Source of the DNA: Octopus vulgaris
Taxonomy: Eukaryota
Direction of reading: 5' to 3'
DNA length: 64,000 bases
Assembly: GCA_951406725.2 (NCBI GenBank)
Contig: OX597838.1
Coordinates: 992,001-1,056,000, forward strand
The notes under the pieces were generated by a model. It was not told the origin of the DNA, did not search any database, and saw nothing but the letters and a program-made list of their open reading frames with translations. Shown piece after piece: positions 13,813-25,918 of the stretch (the first letter of the stretch is position 1; every line of letters starts with the position of its first letter). Made by a program: the position numbers and the translations under genes.

Positions 13813-14115
13813 TAAACATACGTCATACATGCACTTTTCTATATATATCTGTGTGTGTGTGTGTGTGTGTAAACTATAGCATCGGGATAGAAACGTATGT
13901 TAACCATCGGAACTTTCTGTCCGTGTTCACTAAGTTCACTGTGGTTTACTTCTTCATTGTTCACTAAAAGAGGCCGTTACCTTTCAAACACCTGTTCACT
14001 AATTCCATTCCATAGAAACGAATGGATTCTCCTTTCCTGCTTGTCTTTCTCTCCTTCATTATATTCTTCACACGGTCGACTGCTTAATATATTCTTCACG
14101 CTTGAATGGCTTCCT

Positions 14116-14320
14116 CCGGGCGGAACCGTTGGCGCACCAGGAAAACACTTAGCTGTGTCTCGTTTGTCTTTACTTTCAGAGTTCAAATTCTGCCGCGGTC
14201 GACTTTGCCCCCCCCCCCCCCGCCATCCTTTTGCTGTTGATAAATTAAGTACCACTCAAGTACTGGGGGCAATGTAATCGACTAGTCTCCTCCCTCCAAA
14301 TTTCAGGCCTTGTGTCTATA
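14116..14320 (+). mobile_element. SINE family A copy
   Basis: gagttcaaattctgccgcggtcgactttgcc...catccttttgctgttgataaattaagtacc. Confidence 0.8.
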
Positions 14321-14326
14321 TTATTA

Positions 14327-14385
<59 letters not shown>

Positions 14386-15140
14386 GTTGTTGTTGCTGTT
14401 GTTGTTGTTGTTGAGTGAGAGAGCAGTGCATGCCATCAAAGTGACACTGGGGTAAAATATACGATGCCCAGTATACCCATCATGACTACCCGTCTGATAA
14501 GAGTACACCAGGCACATGCATCACAACCATACGTGCGCGACATAGTGATCTCATATCAAGATGACCTTGTAGGTGGAGCTCAGTTAGAACTTTCTTCAGC
14601 TCAAGTAGCCCATCCAGCTCAAAAGGTCCCTGAATAAGGGTTGTTTAAGGATGTTGAACGAAACACCCACGTTTCCAGAGGTGAGTTATCCAAACTCCAA
14701 AGAATCCCTCTCAACACATGGCTATGATGCTCCCCCACTACTTCTGCTCGTGATCAGAGATGCACATATCGTCAGCCACAAAGGGACATGCTCAACTGGT
14801 TAAGGTCAAACGACTGATAAGCAAATCTGTGGTAAGGAGCAGAATACCATCACCAGGTGTGTTTCGCTATGTCTAACTTAATTACAGCACCTGATAGGAT
14901 TAGGCAAACCCTTTTTAAGTCAAGTTTTGTCATATCATGGCCCTTTCGAGTGGAGGCTTCTTGAGGGAGTTGTATCCAGGTTTAGGTGGCTTATCTGGTA
15001 TCGCTTGAAGAAATGTGTCGAAGAATATACCTGTGTGCATGCATGTATGTATGTAAAATATATAGCTGCCGTACCACTTCATGGTTAAGTGAGATCCCGG
15101 GTTCGACCTCTCTGCGTACCAGAATAGTATCACTCCCATC

Positions 15141-15198
<58 letters not shown>

Positions 15199-15590
15199 AT
15201 ACTAATACTACCACTACTACTACTACTACCACCACCACCATATTACTGGAATATCCCCCCTCCCTGCACCACATTACTGAATGTTTGAAGCAATTCTTGA
15301 CAGATTGTCAAAACATACATTTCTGATGTTTAAAACATCAATCTATATTTATATATCGCACATACACACATGCATACATACACACACACATAAATCGGTC
15401 TGTGTGTGTATGAGTATACTCTCATACTATATATATATATATATTTATTTATATATATACTTGCAGGTGCGTATAATATTAATATATGCAGATGAGTGCG
15501 TATATGTGTTGTTGCCCACCCGTATAATATACGTTTGTATTGTGTAAATATATTTACAAATCATCGTCTTTGACATACTTGAGTATGCCA

Positions 15591-15633
<43 letters not shown>

Positions 15634-16008
15634 TGTGTGTTTATGTCATCATATCTGCATGCGTGTATGAATTTATGTACTGTGTATTGTGTGTGTGTTG
15701 TGTCTGTCTGTGATAAGACACGATGGAAGGGCGTTCTGAAGTGTCACCCCCACCCACTTAATGCTTTCCCACTCCGTGACGCAGCAACAATAGATTCTGT
15801 TCGTCATAAAGTAGGTGAGATTGTTGTTCAGGGAACCGTTATCATAATGCGATAATGTGAAGCTATCGTCCTTGGTTCCAGCCCATCAAACATACACCAG
15901 TGCACTAAAGAAAACACACCGTATTTCTTAGAGAAGATATATTTGGCGGATAAAACTGAAGTATATCATATATCTATGCAACCATCAGCTTCTCTGTAAC
16001 TCTGTCTC

Positions 16009-16078
<70 letters not shown>

Positions 16079-16149
16079 CATATATTGATAAAAACGGTAA
16101 GATAAGAAAAGAAAGAAAGAGACCCCGATATTATGTAAATAAAGGAATT

Positions 16150-16377
16150 TATCTGTAAATGTAATATGTGACAATTATTCGGTAGCCATGATAAAACTCC
16201 GAGTTTCGGATGCCGAGGCGGAAATTCACGCCACCATCTCTGCAGTTATCCGGCTATCGGGAAAACGCTTTGGCCGGACAACTGCAGAGATGGTGGCGTG
16301 AATTTCCACCTCGGCATCCGAAACTCGGAGTTTTATTTTGGCTACCGAATAATTGTCACATATTACATTTACAGATA
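16150..16377. repeat. Near-perfect fold-back inverted repeat (105-bp arms, 18-nt loop)
   Basis: 16150-16254 is the reverse complement of 16273-16377, with about 4 mismatches by manual comparison. Confidence 0.95.
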
Positions 16378-16734
16378 TATATACAGGGGTGAAGATTAGC
16401 TCAGTCCTCGCTACCCCACTCTGGTAAAGCATACAGGATAAGGGGCGAAACACTAGTGACTCTGGAATACTTGCTGACGATAAAGAAGGGTTTCTAACGT
16501 TGCAATGAAGTTAGAAGAGCTTGCAAAACCTCTGAGTAACTCCTGGAGTTTCTGCGTAGGGCAAAGTATCTCTGGTGTTTATTTCACCTCTGTGTGAGTG
16601 GGAGAGTGTTTGTGTGTCCGTGTCCGTGTGTGATCGTACCTATGTGAAGATCTATAAGAATCAAGATACATCAGCCAGTTAGGCGACGCGTTGTGTTCAT
16701 GAATAAAACACTTCATTTCACGTGTGTGTGTGTG

Positions 16735-16781
<47 letters not shown>

Positions 16782-16789
16782 ACGTGATC

Positions 16790-17090
16790 ATATATCACGT
16801 GAGCGACCAGACTATCGGATGTTATTATACATCACTGGTAACAATGCGCTTTCTACCGTTTTTAACTTTCGAATGCTGTCACCGCCGCTGGCCAGGCGGA
16901 CCGGCCAACATTTCCCCCCTGATGGAAGGGCTTTTTCAGTGGTTGAGGTCACCCATTTACAGCTGAATGGACTGGAGCAATACGAAATGGTGTTTTCCTC
17001 AAGTTAACGTAGAGCGCGGTCGATCTGGAAAGCGAAACCACGATCTCAAAATCGTCACCGCAACACGCCAAACCACTAGGCCACGCGCCT
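16790..17090 (-). mobile_element. tRNA-derived SINE (another family)
   Basis: The - strand head ggcgcgtggcctagtggtttggcgtgttgcgg...gatcgtggtttcgctttcc resembles tRNA A/B boxes. Confidence 0.6.
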
Positions 17091-17339
17091 TCATATATCA
17101 TACACACACACACACACACACATACACACACACATATATATATCATGCATGCATGTCTATTCCCCTTGCAAGTAGACATAGAGTGTGACTGTTATTATAA
17201 GCCATGTAACTCGATACGGTTCTTGTCTCGATTCCAGCAACAGACTATCGTTTCTCGCTCAGGTAACAACAGCCATCTTCTTTTCTTAGTTGAACATTCA
17301 TAAAAACAATATACTACATACACATATGTTTATATATAT

Positions 17340-17381
<42 letters not shown>

Positions 17382-17416
17382 ATATATATATATGCGTGTG
17401 AGTGTGTGTGTATCAA

Positions 17417-17500
<84 letters not shown>

Positions 17501-17504
17501 CGTG

Positions 17505-17687
17505 TGTATCGTTGGCGATTTTTTTCCTCCGTCTTCCTTTCTCTGGATCTTTCCTTCTCCTATGTTTCCGACGAAGAGCTCCGCTCGAAACGTTAAACCC
17601 TCCTTCTTTCCTGAGCGTCCAATAACACTATACTTGTTCCACGTCCTCACGTTGTTGTGTTTTCTCTTTGTGTATTCATGTTTGGAT

Positions 17688-17692
<5 letters not shown>
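17505..17692 (+). mobile_element. Penelope-like terminal-repeat fragment with minimal hammerhead motif
   Basis: gttt-CCGACGA-A-GAGC-tcc-GCTC-GAAAC-GTT-aaac at 17564-17598; the downstream part recurs at about 24788-24880. Confidence 0.6.
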
Positions 17693-17754
<62 letters not shown>

Positions 17755-17984
17755 CGTATTAGGTGGTCGATAGAAATTTTCGTCTCGCGCTTGAGAGTGC
17801 TTGAGGCAAAAGCATTTCTTAAATGTAACAACAAAAGCATTTTACTTTATTTCTCTTCATTTCTTTTCGTTCGAAAATTTGTAGACATTCTCTACGTACA
17901 TATAAATAAACTACGGAACAATTCCAAAAATTCCTTCATTTATTCAAAATTTACTTATATATATAAATACGGACGCATGTATAT

Positions 17985-18106
<122 letters not shown>

Positions 18107-18391
18107 TGAGGGAATTGGTATCGAAACATTGTAAAATATATCCACGGTAATTAAGAATTCAATAATAGGTCGATAGAAATTGCTATAATTCTGGTTATAA
18201 ATTGAAATTAATTTGAATTACGTATCTAAATTACGCAATTATGGAATTAAAGACGTTTATTGCTAATGAAACAGCTGTTGAGCATAATTAAATTATGGAC
18301 TATTTCTGAAATTCTTGCTTTTCCTTCTTTTAATTAGACAGACAGACAGACAAGCAGACAGACAGACAGACAGATAGATAGACAGACAGAC

Positions 18392-18446
<55 letters not shown>

Positions 18447-18477
18447 CAGACTGACAGACAGACAGACAGATATATAC

Positions 18478-18539
<62 letters not shown>

Positions 18540-18739
18540 GTATGTATATATATATATGGCTTTGCTTGGCTTCTTGGCTTCATGTTCTTGCCTGATGGTG
18601 GGAGGTCATTCCAAGATAGTGTTCGCAGAGACGTCATCATGCCTAGAGATGACCAGGTCCACCAGTATTCGCCATCACTAGCAGCCCCATTCCAGATCCT
18701 CTGCATCCAAACGCCTGGCTGGAGTCTCAATCTTCCGAG

Positions 18740-18883
18740 TGCTTTTACAGATGGGAGAAAAACTGAAGGATTGCTGCAATAAGTCTGTGAATCCGAGAGG
18801 GGAAAATGTTGAATAAAATCATAATTAACTGATCCTCCTATAATTTTCTTTTTCCCAAAGCCAGGAACTCTTCACCACCCCTT

Positions 18884-18888
<5 letters not shown>
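18740..18888 (+). mobile_element. Mariner-like 3' end remnant, locally duplicated at 19076-19146
   Basis: Translates ..CCNKSVNPRGENVE* (cf. mariner RW.KC....G.YVE*) followed by a TIR-like end ttcaccaccccttcgca-ta; the last ~70 bp recur about 250 bp downstream. Confidence 0.55.
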
Positions 18889-18925
<37 letters not shown>

Positions 18926-19141
18926 CACAAAAACACACACGCACACACACACACACACACCACACATACACACCACACATACACACCACACACACACACA
19001 CATACATATACACTCATATATATATATATGCATGCCGTATATACGAGAAGTGTGTGTATGAATCTTAGAGTGTATGTTGAATAAAATCATAATTAACTGA
19101 CCCAACTGTATTTTCTTTGCCAGTACTGTTCACCACCCCTT

Positions 19142-19179
<38 letters not shown>

Positions 19180-19346
19180 TCGTTCTGTCCAGTCCACTGC
19201 GTGGCACCTTGAGCAAGTGTCTTCCTATAGCCTCGTGCTGACGAAAGCCTTGTGAGATTTTAGACGGACAAAAGAAGCCCGTTTATAAATAGGTCTTACA
19301 GCTGTTTCATTTATAAATAGGTCTAAGATATTTATTATATCCCTTC

Positions 19347-19384
<38 letters not shown>

Positions 19385-19857
19385 ATTATGTATGTATGTA
19401 TGTATGTATGTATGTATACATGTATGTATGTATGTATGTATGTATGTATACATGTATGTATGTATGTATGCATGTATGTATGTATGTATGTATATTCACT
19501 CACATACATATCTACGTGTGTACGTGGTGTTTATGTGTCTGTGTGTGTTTGTGTGTTATCTGAACCGCCACTTAACCCCTTTATCAGTTCCCACCTTTGA
19601 ACTTCTCCATTTTTTTCATTTTTATCACTATCAACTGCAATTAATGTCATTGTCGTTCACCCTCTCCAATCGTGACCCTTTCTTCTACTCAAACTCTCTC
19701 TCTCTCTTTCTCTATGTTAGTCTCAAATTGCGATCTACATTTATGCACAAATACATGTGTATGTATATACATACATTCATACATTCTCAAATTTTTCAGC
19801 GAAACAATTATGCCAGCAAGCTACGTTTATTGAAAAGAAATATGCCACCCAGGCACA

Positions 19858-20217
19858 TGTATGTGTGTATGTATGTATGTATGTATGTATGTATGTATGT
19901 ATGTATGTATGTATGTATGTATGTATGTATATGTATGTATGTATGTATGTATGTATGCATGAATGTATGTATGTATGTATGTATGTATGTATGTATGTAT
20001 GTATGTATGTATGTGTGTGTATGTATGTATGTATGTATGTATGTATGTATGTATGTATGTATGTATGTATGTATGTACGTATGTATGTATGTATGTACGT
20101 ATGTTCGTACGTACGTATGTATGTATGTACGTATGTACGTATGTATGTACGTATGTACGTACGTACGTACGTATGTATGTATGTATGTATGTATGTATGT
20201 ATGTATGTATGTATGTA
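19858..20217. repeat. (TATG)n/(TACG)n microsatellite
   Basis: Direct reading. Confidence 0.95.
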
Positions 20218-20730
20218 TTTCTATTTCACAGATTTAAAACCATTCTGTTCTACCTGGACTCTTCCTCTTCAGATCATTCACAGGAATCAAAGTGTACTAA
20301 ATGCATTGCTGTGGCGTTCATGCTGTCTCGGTGTCATAAACTACAAAGTGAAAATTGCTCCATAAAATATTTCTCTCTTTCTGAGAATGACTTTAAATTA
20401 TTGTTTAGCCCCAGGTTATCCTGGATGGGGTCGAGCAGATCTGTGATGAAAGATGTTTCAGCCGTGACCATCTCACGGCTTAAGCCTGTTGTGAGGGTCA
20501 CTTCTCTGCTGTTACTCTCGATTTATGTGACGAAGAAGAAAACTCATACCTCGTTTTGCAGTAAATTGGGTTCGCCATATTGCAAGATATTCAAGATGAT
20601 GCACCAACTTTACTGCAATATTTACTGTGTCCTCACCACGGATGCCCTTTAGATTGCCTATTCAAAGGGTAAAGGGGTCTATACTTCTTTGACCTTACAG
20701 CGGAAACCTGATAAGACGCTCGTTTAGAAT

Positions 20731-21212
20731 TGGGCCGAATCGTTAGAGCATCGGAGAAAATCCTTTGTTTTGACTCTTTATGATCTGGGTTCAAATCCCG
20801 CAGAGGTCAACATTTTCGTTTCATCTCTTCTGTCTGCTAAAATAAAGAGCCAGTCAAGTGCCGGGATCTATGGTATCGACAAACCTCTCCATCCCCTCAA
20901 AACTGCGTGCCTTGTTCCTTAATCAGAGGCCATTATTATTATGAAAAAAACTTTCCCTATTTTCATGCTAGTTTCTGCTGCACCATTTCATACAATTCCT
21001 TGTTCATGAAGAGTGTGCGCCATTGTAGTTTTGAGAAGCACATCTTCCTCCCGTCGGCCTACAGCACCATTTTGTTTTGTTGTGGCGTTTAGTTTCTCGT
21101 TTCTTGTTAAACTAATGTTTGTTTTTGTTGTGTGTGGTGTGTGTTATGTGGGTTGCGTTACTTTATTGGCTTTTAATCTCATATAAGTCGCACAAATTAC
21201 GTTCTTTTAGGT

Positions 21213-21254
<42 letters not shown>

Positions 21255-21424
21255 CAGTAGCTGGCAGAATTGTTAGCATGCCGGTCTTTACGCTCTGAGT
21301 TCAAATTCTGCCGAGGTCGACTTTGCCTTTCATCCTTTCGGCGTCGATAAATTAAGTACCAATCAAGTACTAATTGACTTACTCCTCCCCCATAATTTCA
21401 GGTCTTGCGCCTACAATAGAAAGG

Positions 21425-21484
<60 letters not shown>

Positions 21485-21630
21485 GTTGTGTGTTTGCAGA
21501 ATCGGTAGACAGTCGAAAAAAAAATGCCTGGCGGTATTTCTTGTGGCTCTTTGATGTTCTGAGTTCAAATGCCGCCAAGATCATCTTCGCCTGTCATCTT
21601 TTTGGGTCGATAAAATAAAGTACCAGCCAA
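20731..21630 (+). mobile_element. Cluster of three SINE family A copies (about 20731-20925, 21258-21425, 21495-21630)
   Basis: Each has gagttcaaat/ggttcaaat plus the tttcatc...gataaa..aagtacc core. Confidence 0.8.
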
Positions 21631-21666
21631 TTATTTGAAATCAGCGGTAGTAGTAGTAGTAGTAGC

Positions 21667-21702
<36 letters not shown>

Positions 21703-22224
21703 CTACCATCAACTCAGTGAAAGTGTAAATCTCTTTTGTCCTATTCCCCTCTCCCCCACCCCTTCCTCTTCCTCTTTATCTTTATTCATCTCTTTCTCTT
21801 TTCCTCTTTATTCTTCTTCTTGTTGCTTTTCTTTTTCTTTTTCTTTCTCCCGTCTTCTTCTTTCATTGCTTCAACAACTTTTATCATTTTTCTTTCATTT
21901 TCTTCCCCTTCTTTTTCCCCCCTCTCCCCCCCCCCCCCATCTTTCAACACCACAAACACATGCACACACACACATACACATGCACGCACACACACAAACG
22001 CACGCGCACACAAAGGCCCGGTGTGTAAGAAAGACAAACAAGCTCATCCTGGAGATCCAAACTCGAGATAGCAACAACAACAACAACAACAACGTCATGC
22101 CTCTTTTACGTCGGGTTTTCTTCTCCTACCACTCCTCATATCTCTCTCTTCCTCTCCCCATCTCTCCCTCTCATATCATAACAGTGGTGGTGACGGCGGT
22201 GGTGATGGTGGAATCGGTGGTGGA

Positions 22225-22266
<42 letters not shown>

Positions 22267-23234
22267 CTTATTGTTGTTGTTGTTGTTGTTGTGGTGGTGG
22301 TGGTGGTGGTGGTGGTGGTGGTGGTGGTGGTGGTGGTGGTGGTGGTGATGGTGGTGGTGATGGTGGTGGTGGTGATGGTGGTGGTAGACACAACCCACAA
22401 CCACAGTAGCAACAACAACAATAACAACAACAGAAACAGCACAACGAACAAGATGACGTAAAAAGAAATCTCTGACGTTTAAACCGCAAATATTTCGATG
22501 GATGACGAAATCATTTTATTTGTATCTATGAAGAAATACTTCGGCAATCGATTTCATTTCACTTCGTTATCCTCCATTAAATGTACACACAACGAAAGAT
22601 CACCACACACACACACACACACACACCTGCAACTGAAACCAGCACAATAAGTTTACAGCAAACTTATGGTGGTGCTTGTTTACAGCTAGATAGACTGAGC
22701 CGCAAAACAGGGACCCAAATTAATGCTGCCAACAGATTACGAACCTTAGTTTTTATCCTAGTTTCACCGTATTTTACCAACTGGGCCTTCGGTTCTTTTC
22801 TTCAATTAGACGACCCAGTTAAATGACCCAATACTGAAATCCCACGACGTCTGTTGGTTCCTCGACCCCTCAACGCCTCGTTTCTTCACCTCCTTCTCCT
22901 CAGTCACCTGATAATCAGACGCTAATTGTTTCATTTATTCTCGTCATTTTTTTCGTGTCAGATTATGTCAAGTTGGTTCGTGTTAAAAAACGGGGCTTTA
23001 TTCACAGAAAGAAATATTTCCGTCTGGCTTGAGGCAAGATTAACAGCAGACATAATTGTCATGTGACCAGATCATTGTCATCGGATTGTGCAGGTCGGGT
23101 TGACGGTTAGTGACATCATGGTAATATGGCCGTGACCAGGGTACCGTGGGAAAACCTCGCTACAAACAGGGAGCGCTTGGTGTCGCTATTCCAACACAGC
23201 AGTGGCGAGTTCAAATTAGAGTCGTTACCTCGTT

Positions 23235-23640
23235 GTTACACTGTGTCTGAGTCACAGCTTCATTGTGCTACAGTGAATTAGTGAAACACAGTGCCACAGT
23301 GTCACCGTGCCACGACACACCATGTCCCAACCTCACTGTGACAGGACCCTCTGTGTCACTGTGCTACCCACCTCACTGCGTCACTGTACCGCAGTGTCCA
23401 AACGGCACGGTGTCTCTGTGTCGTTCTGCTAAAATTCTTTATGCGTGCCACAATGTCAGTTTAACACAGTTATTTGTCACTTAGTGTCACACTGTGTGCC
23501 ACTGTGCCACCACTCCAAGTATCCATGTCACTGCGTCATAACCTCAGTGCACCACTACATTTCATTACTGTATTACTACGACAATGTGACCCTATCTGTG
23601 TCACATTGTGCCAGGGTCATTGTGTCTCTAGATCACAACT
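23235..23640. repeat. Degenerate low-complexity repeat rich in (c/t)gtgtcac / tgtgccac motifs
   Basis: More than 15 imperfect TGTCAC/TGCCAC/GTGTC units at irregular spacing. Confidence 0.65.
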
Positions 23641-24055
23641 TCAACATGACACAATCCGATGTCGTTTCTGTTCTCAATTTCAAATACAATAAAGAACAGC
23701 TAAAGGCTATAGGCTTGTCCTTTCACTGACAGCATCCCAGCACAACAACACCACCAACAACAACAATAGCAACAACAACAACAACAATAGCAACAACAAC
23801 AACAATAAAGTGTTCGTGAACCGACCACTTAAGCGCAACAATATTGCAGTGTTATAGAATATCAGATAATGACAACAACAACAGCAGCAACAACAAAAAC
23901 AGCAGCAGCAGTGGATGTATATATTGCATCTGTACGTAGACATGTATGTATATGCATCTACGCATGTTTTTTTGTATATATACATGTGGCTGTTTGTTTG
24001 CCTGTTTGTTTTTACATTAGAACTAAATTGAGTATTGTCATATCTGAACAGGTTC

Positions 24056-24163
<108 letters not shown>

Positions 24164-24878
24164 TGTATGGATACACATATATAGACTATACACACACACG
24201 CACATATATATGATATATGGATACATATATATGCATATATACCATATATACATACACATACAGATACACACACTCTCACATATATATATGATATATGAAT
24301 ATATATATATACATACATATATACACACACATACACACACTCACACACACACACATATACATGTATATATATATGCACGCACACATACACACACACACAT
24401 ATATATAGTGCATAGTAACTGAAGTCAGTGAAAGTATTGTGTTTGAAGTGAGGATTATTGCTGTTCTCTCTCACTCCACCACCTCCCCCTCCTCCTGCAC
24501 CACCACCTCCTCCACCTCCTCCTCCTCCTCCCCCTCCAGATTATCTCCCGGCAGGAATGTTTAAGTGAGAAGATGAAAAGTGACCTGCACTTTTTTTATC
24601 TTCTTATTCATAGATGTGTGTGTGTGTGTGTTTGTGTATGCATTTATAAATATACATACACACGCACATGTAATGTTATATGCGTGTATATATTTCCTGT
24701 ATGTGTGTGTGTGTGTGTGTGTATGCATCAGTATTTATAAGCTACTTATATATATATATATATATATATATTCCTTCTCTCCTTCTTTCCTTCTTTCCTG
24801 AGCGTCCTATAACACTATACTTGTTCAACGTCCTCGCGTTGTTGTGTTTTCTCTTTGTGTTTTCATGTTTGGATTAAC

Positions 24879-24921
<43 letters not shown>

Positions 24922-25918
24922 TATCTTCTATGGGTTTCAGCCAGAGGCTGAGGCCATGCTGGGGCACCGACTTTATTGCATCCGGAGATTTTTCCAGTAT
25001 TGCTTCTAGTGAAGTAGCGAGTTGGACGTTGCCGCTCTTCTTTGTGCCTCCTGCCCCGCTGTGGGTTCTTCCGGTATGGCAACACCTTGCAGGTCACTGA
25101 TACTCTGCGGTCGGGCATTAAAAAGTTGAATCCCAAGCTATTACAATATTGGCTTCGTATCCTCTTCATTATAATTAAAACCACTTCACGTTAAGCTAAT
25201 TCGATGTTGTCCAATTTTATTCGTGTTTTTCGAAACTCGTCACTGCCCTTGGAATTCGTTAAGATATAAAACAATAAAAGAGAGGACAACATTGCAGATG
25301 ACAGATAACAATGACATAGATATAGATAACAATGACAAGAGCCACACCTCCATAAAATAGAAAAGAAGAATGCAACAAAATAGTCCGATAATGTCTGGTA
25401 TTTGAAGGAACGTGCCTCTCGATTCCTTATCAAGTAGAAGATCCTTCATAGATACAAACCGTACTAGAATTATACATGAAAATTGCGGTTATGCATAGCT
25501 ACGAAGAACCTCATACTGAACAGCCAACAAAAAAGTTGACTTTCTAAATGTCAGCACCATAATTATCGCTAAATGCAGCCATTTCATGAAATACCTTCTA
25601 AGCGCCGGAACATTATGTCACACGCTCATTGAATGAATCAATACTTAACTCTTTACTAAGAACATCTTAACTCATTCTATATCTCTCTTTGGTTTCAACC
25701 CATTGCGTATATTTGATAGGCTCTTCCTCATCCTTATCCTACCCCTATGACCTCTCTGCTGACCTGACAACAGTGACCTCTACTGACCTGACAACAGTGA
25801 GAAGATGAGTGAAAGAGTAATCTCTTTTAATTTTGTCTTTGCTTTCTTTTTCTTAGGTTAGTATTCTAATTATGTCTTTTTTTATATATATTTTCTAGTT
25901 TCCTCTAAAAGCAGAATC

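Noticed and set aside
14410-14850. Complex sequence after an (ATT)n/(GTT)n tract, probably an interspersed repeat
   Set aside because: No second copy in the window and no diagnostic motif, so it is left unclassified.
24970-25520. Possible piggyBac or other DNA-transposon remnant
   Set aside because: Only vague motif similarity on manual translation; not supportable.
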